Shown here piece by piece: positions 1 to 11,055 of a DNA stretch of 64,000 bases. Every line of letters begins with the position of its first letter. Position 1 is the stretch's first letter. The notes below the pieces were generated by a model. The model did not search any database and was not told the origin of the DNA. It saw only the letters and a list, made by a program, of their open reading frames with translations. The translations under genes and the position numbers were made by a program. Source of the DNA: Octopus sinensis. Its lineage: Eukaryota. The stretch lies in the NCBI RefSeq assembly GCF_006345805.1, contig NC_043001.1, positions 131,688,001-131,752,000 of the forward strand, written 5' to 3'.

Positions 1-330
1 TCAAAATACAAAGACCTGGAAATAGAGGTAACTAGAATGTGGAATCTGAAAACAGAAACAATTCCTATCATAGTAGGTGCATTAGGCATGATAAAAAAAT
101 ATTCAGACAAATACATAACAAAAACACCAGGACTTACAAAACACATATAACATACAGAAAATTGCACTACTAGGCACTGCACACATCCTACGCAGAACAC
201 TTTCCATACAAACCATCAGAGCATCACAACAAATCACAGCACATACCCAAGGCACACAGAGCTGCGCTCGGTAGTGAGTGTGAAAGCACGCTATAAAATA
301 AAACTACTGAATAATAATAATAATAATAAT
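1..330 (+). mobile_element. 3' end of an R4/Dong-like non-LTR retrotransposon (restriction-like endonuclease C-terminus, 3' UTR, (TAA)n tail)
   Basis: Frame 1 reads SKYKDLEIEVTRMWNLKTETIPIIVGALGMIKKYSDKYITKTPGLT; after a 1-nt frameshift it continues NIQKIALLGTAHILRRTLS. This KY-x-x-L...W...P-I-I-V-GALG pattern is typical of RLE-type LINE C-termini. Ends in (TAA)n at 311-330. Confidence 0.75.
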
Positions 331-346
331 CAAAGCAAAAAAAAAA

Positions 347-543
347 GAGTGCCATTGTCATCAAGTGAACGATATTTCGACATCTCGTGTATCTTCCGCA
401 GGTTTGCTTCTATATTTTCTGGAGAAGTTACCTCAATCCTATAAATATTAACCAAAAGGAAATAGATTGACACGTTTATTTTTTGAACCTGTGGAAGACA
501 CACGAAATGTCGAAATATCGTTCACTTGGTGACAATAGCACTC
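347..543. repeat. Long inverted repeat (58-bp arms, 81-bp spacer), MITE-like or hairpin
   Basis: 347-404 is the reverse complement of 486-543 with 5 mismatches, all transitions. Confidence 0.85.
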
Positions 544-590
544 TTCTTTTACTTTTGCTAATAATAATAATAATTATTATTATTATTATT

Positions 591-790
591 ATTATTTCTA
601 ATTTTGCCTCAAGGCCAGCAATTTTGTGGAGCAAATTGATTATACTGACCCAAGTAGCAGACTTGTATTTTATCGTCCTTGAAAGGACGAAAGCAAAGTT
701 TACCTCAATGGTATTTGAATGAAGAATACAAAGACTCGAAAGAAATTCAAATAAGCACTGAAGAACAGCTGTTGTAGTCAGAAATAAACA
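591..790 (-). mobile_element. Diverged SINE family B copy
   Basis: Contains aggccagcaatttt...gaaaggacgaaagcaaagtttacctc...atttgaa, matching better copies such as 11601-11817. Confidence 0.7.
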
Positions 791-1372
791 TGGATTCTGT
801 GTCAAAATTTCTGATATAAGAATGTCTATACCCAAGAAAAAAAAAACATAGAAAATCAAGTTACTGATGAAGATAGAAGATAATAAAAATTATCTTTTAA
901 TTCATAAAGATATGCAAAAAATATATATATAGAAAATGATATTGTAGAAAGATAAATTATTCGTGTAAAGTCGTATTAATACGCTTGTGCACACTCGGAC
1001 GTGGGGAGAACGTCTGCTGCTGAAATAGCCCCGGGAGAAAATTCTCTTCCCGGATGACATGCGTGAAAAGACTTTGGGCTGTGAATGACGTTAATAGGTT
1101 GTAAAACAAATGCGTTTCTGCAGTCGTGTCGTCAGCTGCGAACGCACAATCTGTCAAGAACAACCCAATAAAAATGAATGCATTCTTATATTAGAAGAGC
1201 ATATGGTACATCAGCTATCTGCGTAAAGCTTGGTCAAGCTAGAATTAAATACAGTCGCACCAAACAGCGTTGAATAAAATACGACGGTGTAAAGCAATAT
1301 TTAACTCGTTCGAGGGACACTCGGTAAGGGGGGGGGGGCTTTCGCTGCGGAAATTGCCCTTGTGGACAATAT

Positions 1373-1797
1373 TCTTTTATTCTTTTATTCTTTTACTTGT
1401 TTCAGTCATTTGACTGCGGCCATGCTGGAGAAACGCCTTTAGTCTAGCAAATCGACCCCGGGACTTATTCTTTGCAAGCCCAGTACTTATTCTATCGGTC
1501 TCTTTTGTCGAACCGCTAAGTTACAGGGACGTAAACACACCAGCATCGGTTGTCAAGCAATGCTAGGGGGACAAACACAGACACACAAACACACACACAA
1601 ACACACACATATATATATATATACATATGTACGACAGGCTTCTTTCAGTTTCCGTCTACCAAATCCACTCACAAGGCATTGGTCGGCCCGGGGCTATAGC
1701 AGAAGACACTTGCCCAAGCTGCCACGCAGTGGGACTGAACCCAGATCCATGTGGTTGGTTAGCAAGCTACTTACCACACAGCCACTCCTGCGCCTAT
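1373..1797 (-). mobile_element. tRNA-derived SINE family A (CORE-like middle, internal microsatellite, (GTAAAAGA)n-type tail), full length
   Basis: A-box/B-box-like head (gctgtgtggtaag...ggttcagtccc), cttgggcaagtgtcttct core and internal (TA)/(TG) tract. Nearly identical to 18702, 52781 and 60228. Confidence 0.9.
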
Positions 1798-2000
1798 ATG
1801 TATGAAAACACATTACACCGTGAATGACGTCATTGGATCGTTGGACTCATGCGCTTCCGCGTTCTTTCTCGTCGCCAGCTACGAACATCAAAACGAATAA
1901 AAACGAATTCATTCTTATGATTACAACCGTATGCTGTTCTAATATTGGTAACAGGTGACATGCAGGAGCAGGAAATATAGCTTACGTACAATAATCATAA

Positions 2001-2190
2001 CTAGCGGGACCCGTTAATATCTAACGGAGTTAATGGTAAACCTACTGGGTTATATCTGAAAACTTCATCCAAAAACCCCGAAAACGTAACCTATGTTGTG
2101 TCTGTATCAAAAGATAGTCACTCATCTGCTACTCATTGAAAAGTAAAGGAAATTGGAATGCGGTGATTATTCAATTCACTTTATATACAC
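2001..2190 (-). mobile_element. Probable small non-autonomous Helitron (3' terminus clear, 5' end uncertain)
   Basis: Minus-strand 3' CTAG at 2001-2004 followed by T, with hairpin ccgtta-atatc-taacgg (2011-2027) 10 nt from the end. ttcactttatata near 2175 resembles the 5' end of the 37390-37782 element. Confidence 0.5.
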
Positions 2191-2226
2191 ACTTTATATA
2201 CTTTATGCACAACTTTACAGGCTGAA

Positions 2227-2441
2227 CCCTTTAGTGTTTAAACCGGCCATATCAGGCCCAGATATTCTGCATGTTTTATATTCAAACTGGCGGTATCTGG
2301 CCTCTCACACCTACATTGATATTCTAAACACAAACAATCACATCATTGAAACCTCAAAGCTATAAGATAATGCATGATTAATTAAAAACAATTTGAGTGA
2401 AAAAAAATTACATTTAACAGAATAATCTGAACACTAAAGGG
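2227..2441. mobile_element. piggyBac-type MITE (~215 bp)
   Basis: CCC...GGG termini and 14-bp TIR ccctttagtgtt(t/c)a; flanked by TGAA (left) and TTAA (right). Other copies at 47217 and 59987. Confidence 0.8.
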
Positions 2442-2699
2442 TTAATACACAGTACTCTTATTTTTCCATTTTTCTTATTTTTACATTTAAAAATTTTCAC
2501 GCTCACAATTCATTACCTAGAAAGCAAAAAATTTATAGTAAAAACGAATTATTTTAGATGTAAAATATAGGGGCCACAATTTAACGGGATTAAAAATTTA
2601 ATGGAACATGGTATACTCTGAAGATCACTTCGTTGGTAAACGTATAAACCAAGATGATGGGTCAGAGTCTATACATATTTCAATTTGCGTATGCCTTTC

Positions 2700-2930
2700 A
2701 GTTACACCGCCATCTTACTCTTCACCTTATCCCCTTTTGCTCGACTAAAGGCGGTGCTCCAGCATGGTCGCAGTCAACTGACTGAAACAAGTAAAAGAGT
2801 AAAAGAGTAAACTGCGTTGAAGTCCTACGTCGTGGAAGAGCCAATCATTCAATAACAGATGAATCTTTGAATTCACTTTCGATTTAACCGATTTGCGTTT
2901 TATTAAATGGCTTTTCCACGATGGCGTTGC
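2700..2930. promoter_or_regulatory. Possible CpG-containing promoter-like segment, interrupted by a SINE A tail (~2735-2808)
   Basis: YY1-like CCGCCATCTT at 2707-2716, CCAAT box (agccaatc) at 2839-2846, GATGGCG at 2920-2926; unique sequence retaining CpGs. Confidence 0.3.
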
Positions 2931-3005
2931 TTCAGTTTCAACATACGGTCTTACAATCTTCATATCAAGTCACTTTGCTGGGAATATCAAGTCCTTTGAA
3001 TTAAT

Positions 3006-3060
3006 CAATGGTTCTCAGCCGGAATCCATATGACCCCTGAGGGTCCATATAAAATTTTAC
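3006..3060 (+). mobile_element. Possible hAT-type MITE terminus
   Basis: caatggttctcagcc resembles CAGTGGTTCTCAAC-type hAT termini; the partner end was not found. Confidence 0.3.
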
Positions 3061-3133
3061 GGCTAAAATTGATCTGCAATGAATTACTTATACTTCTACA
3101 ATACACAATATGTTTTAACAATATTTTTATACA

Positions 3134-3300
3134 ATAGGTGCAGGAGTGGCTGTGTAGTAAGTAGCTTGTTTACCAACCACATGTTTCTGAGTTCAGTCCC
3201 ACTGTGTGGCACCTTGAGCAAGTGTCTTCTACTATAGCCTCGGGCCGACCAAAGCCTTGTGAGTGGATTTGGTAGACGGAAACTGAAAAGAAGCCCGTCG

Positions 3301-3331
<31 letters not shown>

Positions 3332-3629
3332 TATGTATGTATGTATGTATGTACGTATGTATGTATGTATGTATGTATGTATGTATGTATGTGTGTGTAT
3401 ATGTTTGTGTGTCTGTGTTTGTCCCCCAACATCGCTTGATAACCGATGGTGATGTGTTTACGTCCCCGTAACTTAGCGGTTCGACAAAAGAATCCGATAG
3501 AATAAGTACTAGGCTTCCAAAGAATAAGTCCTGGAGTCGGTTTGCTCGACTAAAGGCGGTGCTCCGGCATGGCCGCAGTCAAATGGTTGAAACAAGTGAA
3601 AGAGTAAAAGAGTAAAAGAGTAAAAGAGT
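3134..3629 (+). mobile_element. SINE family A, full length, with expanded internal (TA)/(TATG) tract
   Basis: Head ataggtgcaggagtggctgtg, core ccttgagcaagtgtcttct, tail (gtaaaaga)x4. Confidence 0.9.
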
Positions 3630-3644
3630 AATTCTTAATAATTT

Positions 3645-3832
3645 TTAATTCCAAAAACAATAGGAATTTTTTAAGTACCGAATGGTGAGGAGGATCCATC
3701 CGAGTAAAATGGAAATCAAAGTGGTCCATAGGCCAATGGTCCAATGGTTGACAAAAAACAGGTATAGATTGTACATGTAATTCCAAAGGTCCAACTTCAC
3801 CACACAATCATACTGTGTTGCACCGATTCTGC
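3645..3832 (-). CDS. Candidate exon of an unidentified membrane protein
   Basis: Acceptor ctttacttaatcctcag|GC, then an open frame RIGATQYDCVVKLDLWNYMYNLYLFFVNHWTIGLWTTLISILLGWILLTIRYLKNSYCFWN* with one TM-like segment. Two other frames are also partly open and no homolog was recognised. Confidence 0.25.
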
Positions 3833-4329
3833 CTGAGGATTAAGTAAAGTTCTGGGGAAATTCTGTGGAATACCCAACCACATTCAAGTATTAATTCAGT
3901 GAGCAGGTCACTCAATTGATCTTGTGACTGTCACCAAAAATTTATTGCTTTCGTTATTGTTGTTGCTGCTGTCCTCCTACTTGCCGACGTTTCAATGTGT
4001 CTTTTTAAGTCCAAATATTTGCTGGTTTTGTTATTATTTCAGCAATAGAAGCAGCGGTAGTAGTAGTAGTAGTAGTAGTAGTAGTATAGTAGTAGTAGTA
4101 GTAGTAGTGGTAGTGTTTTGTCTTTTGTTCTGTTACTTTTGGTTCTGTAGATCGCTGCTTTCTATTTCAAAGATCTGTTGTTGTTGTTGTTATTTTATAT
4201 TTAAAAATCTTATTGTTGGTGTTACCTTTGCAAATTTAAGATCTGAGGATGTTGGGTCACACAAAGGAGAAGAGATTGAAACAAGGGGGGTCGATATATT
4301 GTATACACCCATGTGTTATTAAAAATCTT

Positions 4330-4593
4330 CCCTGACGATGACGATGACGAAACGATGGTAATGATGATGGTGATGATGATATTGATGATGACGACGATGA
4401 TGATGATGACGACGATGATGATGATGACGATGATGATGATGATGATGACGATGATGATGATGAAGATGATGACGATGATGATGATGATGATGATGATGAT
4501 ATTGATGATGACGACGATGATGATGATGACGACGATGATGATGATGACGATGATGATGATGATGATGACGATGATGTCGATGAAGATGATGAC

Positions 4594-4634
<41 letters not shown>

Positions 4635-4664
4635 GATGATGACGACGATGACGATGATGACGAC

Positions 4665-4708
<44 letters not shown>

Positions 4709-4784
4709 CGATGATGACGATGAAGATGATGAAGATGATGATGATGATGATGATGATGACGATGATGACGATGAAGATGATGAA

Positions 4785-4835
<51 letters not shown>

Positions 4836-5020
4836 ATTGATGATGACGACGATGATGATGATGACGACGATGATGATGACGATGATGATGATGATGACGA
4901 TGATGATGATGATGACTATGATGACGATGAAGATGATGACGATGATGATGATGATGATGATGATATGATGACGATGATGATGATGACGATGATGACGATG
5001 ATGATGATGATGATGATGAC

Positions 5021-5058
<38 letters not shown>

Positions 5059-5128
5059 CGATGATGATGATGACGATGACGATGATGACGATGATGATGA
5101 TGATGATGATGACGATGAAGATGATGAC

Positions 5129-5184
<56 letters not shown>

Positions 5185-5199
5185 CGGCGGCGGTGACGT

Positions 5200-5232
<33 letters not shown>

Positions 5233-5370
5233 CGACGACACTGATAACGACGACGACGATGATGATGATGATGATGACGATGATGATGATGATGATGAGG
5301 ATGATGGTGGTGGTGGCGGCGGCGGCGGCGATGTTGATGATGATGCCGGACGATGGCGATGATGCTGCTG
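4330..5370. repeat. (GAT/GAC)n microsatellite with higher-order units
   Basis: About 1 kb of GAT/GAC triplets; an identical variant pattern starts at 4381 and 4501 (120-bp period) and recurs near 4836. Confidence 0.95.
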
Positions 5371-5944
5371 ATGAAGATGGTTTTGTGTGCGATTGTTCGT
5401 TTTGTTGTTGTTGTTGTTGCATTTCCTGTTAGTCGTGGCGTTTGTTGACATCACCGATGCATTGTTGCATATTATTGTTTGTTGCACACCTTTTGTCGTC
5501 GTTGTCATCGTTGTTGTTTTTCTTGTTTTTTTTGGTCCTTCTTCATGTTTTCTTTTTTGTTACCGTGTTGCTTTTTCCCCTCCACCCCCTCCCCTCCTCC
5601 TCTTCCCCTCCTCCTCCTCCCCTACCCACACACTTTGTGAATATATTGACGTTGCACACAGTATTCTTGTTTATTGTTTATCGTACTTTGGTTATTGTCA
5701 TTAATGAAGTAATTGTTACTGCTTCTGTGGCTGCTTCTGTTGTCGTTGTTGTTGTTGTCGTTGTTGTTGTTGTTTTTGTTGTCCTTTTGCTTAGATGGTG
5801 CAGCAATTTTTTTTTTTTTTTCTCCTCAAGGAAATTTAAATTCTTCATAAGAAGCGTTTATCTCAGGAGTATGTTGATGTGTTTTTGCACATAGGGCTTC
5901 TATAATGAACTACCTTATTTAAAAAAAAGAAATCATCGTTGATG

Positions 5945-5945
5945 C

Positions 5946-5988
<43 letters not shown>

Positions 5989-6027
5989 TATTATAATTAT
6001 TATTAATATTATTTTTATTATTATTAT

Positions 6028-6059
<32 letters not shown>

Positions 6060-6116
6060 TTATTATTTTTATTTATTATTATTTTTATTAATTATTATTA
6101 TTATTTATTATTATTA

Positions 6117-6156
<40 letters not shown>

Positions 6157-6506
6157 ATTATTATTATTATTATTATTATCATCATTATATTTTTATTTAT
6201 TATTATTATTTTAATGTTTTATTATTATTATTTTATTATTTTATTATATTATTATTATTTTATTATTATTATTTTATTATTATTATTATTATTATCATTA
6301 TTATTATTATTATTATATATTATTATTATTATTATTATTAATATTATTATTATTATTATTATTATTATCATCTTATATTTTATTATTTTATTATTTTAAT
6401 TTTTATTATATTATATTATTATTATTTTATATATTATTATTATTATTATTTTTAGTATTATTATTATTTTATTATTATTATTATTATTTTATTTTTATTA
6501 TTATTA

Positions 6507-6544
<38 letters not shown>

Positions 6545-6788
6545 TATTATTATGTTATTATTATCATTATTATTATCATCATCATCCTATCATTATTATT
6601 ATTACTATTATTATTTTATTTTTATTATTATTATTATTATTATTTTATTATTATTTATCATTATATTATTTCATCATCTTATCATTATTCATTATTATAT
6701 TATTATTATTATTATTTTAATTTTTATTATTATATTATCATCATCATCATTATCATTATTATTATTATTATTATATTATTTTTATTAT

Positions 6789-6822
<34 letters not shown>

Positions 6823-6891
6823 TATTATTATTATTATTTATTATTATTATTACTAGTAGTAGTAGTAGTAGTAGCAGCAGCAGCAGCAGCC

Positions 6892-6939
<48 letters not shown>

Positions 6940-6940
6940 A
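5945..6940. repeat. Degenerate (ATT)n tract followed by (GTA/GCA)n
   Basis: Direct inspection. Confidence 0.95.
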
Positions 6941-7095
6941 AGGTTGGTTGGTTAATCCTGCAGAACTTAATTTGTTATAGTGTAAAGACCCCTTTATGAA
7001 TTTATTTATTTAGCTTAATCGTTACAGTAGTCTAGTGGAAATGTTAGAAATACTGGTTATGTTAGACTTTGAGTTCAAATCATGGGGGGGGGGGT

Positions 7096-7485
7096 ATCTT
7101 TTTTTTCTTCACAAATGTAAATAAACCCAATCTGTTTCTCAAACTATGTTCTTTTTTTTTTTTTACTCAATTTTGCAGTTCGCAAAATAAGTTACTGGAT
7201 CTTTTCGGTTTGAACGGCAGTTTTTAACATAATTTCTAGGTAACTAAAAAATTTTAAACTTCGTATACTGGTAGAATGTGTTTATAAAACATCTTTTTCT
7301 CTTGGCTTTATTGAGAAAATTCTATAGTTTGTAAGGTATTTGCTGTTTTTTTTTCCTTCAATTTCTGCAATTTCAACCAATCACTGACTTCTATTGAGAT
7401 AAAAAAAAACATTCTGTGCCGTATGAATATGTCCCTCGTTTAAGAAACAGATTGGGTTTATTTACATTTGTGAAGAAAAAAAGAT
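7096..7485. mobile_element. TIR-bounded non-autonomous element (~390 bp, ~49-bp TIRs)
   Basis: atcttttttttcttcacaaatgtaaataaacccaatctgtttctcaaac (7096-7144) is nearly the perfect reverse complement of 7437-7485. Confidence 0.75.
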
Positions 7486-7647
7486 TGTTTGTCCCCTCTA
7501 TGTTTAGCCCCTTGTGAGTAATAAAAAGTAATAAAGAAATAGGTATGTTGTCCGTCTTTGCCTTTCATCCTTTCAGAGGTCGATAAAATAAGCACCATCT
7601 GTATACTGGGGTCGATCAAATTAACTGGTCCTCCCTCCCCCAATATA

Positions 7648-8007
7648 TTAGTTAGTTAGTTAGTTAATTTGGCTCAAAAGCAAATAGCAAGGCCATGTAG
7701 GGGGACATGGAGTTAAGTACAGGGTGGTGTTCATGTAAAGAGTTCAGGCCACTTGAGGTCAAGAGAGGCTTTGAACAAAGCGGTCGTCGGCATCTTCAAC
7801 ATCTCGTCTGGCAGCTTGTTCCACGGATCCGCAACCCGGATGGAGAAAGCTCCTCTCCTTCGATTAAGATGAAATCGTCGCAGGTAGAGCTTTTCGGAAT
7901 GACCCCGCAGCCGACGCTCTGGAGCAGGAGTGAAGAACAGCTCTTTCGAGAGGTTGCACATTCCGCTTATGATGTTGTGGGCGAGAATGAGATCACCACG
8001 GCGGCGG
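7648..8007 (-). mobile_element. 5'-truncated CR1-clade LINE 3' end with (TAAC)n tail, inserted in a SINE B copy
   Basis: Minus frame RRRGDLILAHNIISGMCNLSKELFFTPAPERRLRGHSEKLYLRRFHLNRRRGAFSIRVADPWNKLPDEM... has the CR1 RGH...F-x-x-RV-x-x-x-WN-x-LP motif. SINE B halves lie on both sides. Confidence 0.85.
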
Positions 8008-8358
8008 CATTTTTCTAGAGAATATTCTAGAGAATATTAGGCCTTGCGCCTACAGTAGAAAGGATTATTATTACTATTGAGAGAGAGAGATCACCTCATG
8101 TCATCAAAATAGCGCTGAGGTACAAATATACGAAGTGACTCAGAATGTTACATGCTAGTAGATTCCGAGTCACATGCTTAAGAGTCAAATGCTTTGAGAT
8201 ACAAAGTAAAAGATGAAAAAATGACCATTTTATTTCTACTGTTCCTGTTCCCACATTTTAAAAATTACACGTGTAAAAGCGCAGAAATTGCAAGGGTACG
8301 AGAAACCTTAAGAGTGTATTTTGAAAAAAGGACAGAATTTCGGTAATGATTCTGATAC

Positions 8359-8684
8359 CTTTCCTTGATTACTTAACTCCTTGATGGACTTGAATGGTGC
8401 TGTCGTGACATACAGCATATCTTGAGTATTTTAATGCTCGGCAGGACCCATTCCTGTCCAGGGTGGACCATTTCCCCGGGAGAGATCGACATCACTGTCG
8501 ATTTTTTCCATAAAAAGACAAAGACAGAAATAAAAAGTGAAAGAAAAGCCCTCAAAGATGTCAGACAAAGCTAACATAGAAGGGGGTTCGAACACAGAGA
8601 TAAGACAGCCGGAGCGATTACCACAAACCAATCTCTCCGTCATTCCCACAACTCTGGCAATTGCGTTGTCTGAAAATAAGAAAG
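8359..8684. other. Unique GC-enriched island, possible exon (strand unresolved)
   Basis: Minus strand: acceptor ctttcttattttcag at 8670 and donor AAG|GTATCA at 8358, with MLYVTTAPFKSIKELSNQGK before the donor. Plus strand: ATG at 8558 gives MSDKANIEGGSNTEIRQPERLPQTNLSVIPTTLAIALSENKK before a weak donor. Confidence 0.25.
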
Positions 8685-8789
8685 GTGTTTGTGTCTGAAA
8701 TATTTTGATATATGTCTCTGCATATAGGATGGATTTGGGGCTTAATAACAACGACAACGACGACAACAACAGTGAAGATTTATTACTTC

Positions 8790-9592
8790 TAATATTAGTT
8801 TCAAATTTTGGCACAAAGCCAGCAAGTTCAGGGAGGAGGAGTAAGTCGTTTATACTGACGCTAGTGCTCAACTGACATTCATTTCATCTAACTCCCAAAG
8901 GATGAAAGGCAAAGTCGACCTCGGCGGAATTTGAACTCGGAACGTAAAAGTAAATAAAATACCGCTAAACATTTCGCCCGGCGTACTAAGGATTCTTTTC
9001 TACTCTAGGCACAAGGCCCGAAATTTTGGAGGAGGAGGCCAGTCGATTAGATCACCTCAGTACGCAACTGGTACTTAATTTATCGACCTCGAAAGAACGA
9101 AAGGCAAAGTCGACCTCGGAAGAATTTGAACTCAGAACATAAAGACAGACGAAATACCACTAAGGATTTCGCCCGACATGCGAACGTTAAAATATCCTTT
9201 TCTACTCTAGGCACAGGCCCGAAATTTTGGAAGAGGAGGCCAGCCGATTAGATCACCTCAGCACGCAACTGGTACTTAATTTATCGACCTCGAAAGAACG
9301 AAAGGCAAAGTCGACCTCTGCAGAATTTGAACTCAGAACGTAAAGACAGACGAAATACCTATTTCTTTATTATCCACAAGGGGCTAAACACAGAGAGGAC
9401 AAACAAGGACAGACAAACGGATTAAGTCGATTACATCGGCCCCAGTGCGTAACTGGTACTTAATTTATCGACCCCGAAAGGATAAAAGGCAAAGCGGACC
9501 TCGGCTGAATTTGAACTCAAAACGTAAAGACAGACGGAATACTGCTAAGCATTTCGCCCGGCGTGCTAACGCTTCTGCCAGCTCACCACCTT
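8790..9592 (-). mobile_element. Head-to-tail cluster of about four SINE family B units
   Basis: Repeated gaaaggcaaagtcgacctcggcggaatttgaactc...gacgaaatac modules near 8905, 9100, 9300 and 9485. Confidence 0.85.
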
Positions 9593-10325
9593 TATTACTT
9601 TTAATATCGAAATTCAAAAAACTCTAATATTGAAATTCCAAAAACAATTTCAGGGTTTTCTATTTGCTCTTCTTTTTTATTAATATTCAAAATATATTTC
9701 CCTTGCTCCAAAGGCACGTATTAATTCGTTATTTGGCTATTTCTCCCTTGTGTTTCATCTAACACTAACACAGATCTTTATACCATAAATATTTCTGTTT
9801 TATTTATTGTAGTTGATATTGAAATTGGTTACCGACACTTAATTGTATTGCGGGTATTGTTGTTGTTACTATCATTGTTAATATTTATATATTTCTGTTG
9901 TTGTTCTTGTTCTTGCTTGACTGCTTCGTTACTTTTTTTGCTTGTTTACTTCTTTTCGGGTGTCTTGTTTTTTTTGGTTTTTTTAGTCACGTGTTATATC
10001 TTCCCCCTCTTTTCATTCGCCCGTTGCCCTTATGACAAATAATAAAAAAAATTGGTATGTTGCGTTTTTTTTTTTTTTTTTTTTTTGAAATTTCGTGTGT
10101 TTATTTCACAGTTCCAACAATTGTGTTAGCTTATTATCCCACATTGAACCTTATTTTGTCTGTGATCCACCATCCGCATCAAGGCATACAGCTTGTTTCA
10201 ACAAGTGATGCGCGGTTTTTAATTGTTTATCGCCTTTTGATACTTTTTCAGCTTCATAAAAATTTAGTCGAACTGTGTATATATCTGACATCATTCAGCA
10301 TGGAGAAAAAGTAACTATGCAACAA

Positions 10326-10367
<42 letters not shown>

Positions 10368-10454
10368 TTTACATGATCCCTGTACGTGCTAGAAATAGCG
10401 GTCAAATGTCCACTTTCCTAAACAAACCCAACGTTCTTGAAAGTGTAATTTGGT

Positions 10455-10681
10455 TTGAGCTGGCAGAAACGTTAACAGGCTGGGCGAAATGCGTAGCCGT
10501 ATTTCGTCTGTCGTTACGTTGTGAGTTCAAATTCCGCCGAGGTCGACTTTGCCTTTCATCCTTTCGGGGTCGATGAAATAAGTACCAGTTACGCACTGGG
10601 GTCGATGTAATCGACTTAATCCGTTTGTCTGTCCTTGTTTGTCCCCTCTATGTTTAACCCCTTGTGGGCAATAAAGAAATA
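10455..10681 (+). mobile_element. SINE family B, full length (long-tail type)
   Basis: A-box-like gagctggcagaaacg, B-box gagttcaaattcc, tail cttgtgggcaataaagaaat. Confidence 0.9.
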
Positions 10682-11055
10682 TATATTACAACTGGAAAAA
10701 AAAATCAAGAATGGATGGTCATAACTGAAATGAATTTGATCATAAGTCTATTTAATCAGGACAGATGTGGGACTAAACAAGCAATATGATGACAAACATA
10801 CGTTGTTGCGTTTTAGTACCAGATTAAACCTAGGTCAGTAAAATTATGACCAAATATGATTCCCCAATAACTATCCTACTTCTAATTCAAGCACAATGTA
10901 CCGAAGACTGCGGTCATCTATTTATATTGTGCTCACCCTTTATAAGGCTACAGAGTGTGGTTTGGGGGACATTTGGCCATTTGTCATAGCAGGATCAATG
11001 ACGATCCAGCGATGACTGAACCGCTTTTATTCAGGCGCAGTATACTTAGGACTAC

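Noticed and set aside
864-905. CTGATGA followed by an agata/tatct stem as a hammerhead
   Set aside because: No GAAA or helix III follows.
4222-5508. 428-aa poly-Ser/His/Ile ORF and overlapping poly-Met/Asp ORFs
   Set aside because: GAT/GAC triplets lack stops in several frames; there is no domain content or splice context.
7648-7667. (TTAG)n as a telomeric repeat (also about 53724 and 54071)
   Set aside because: It is the (TAAC)n tail of CR1 copies, not TTAGGG.
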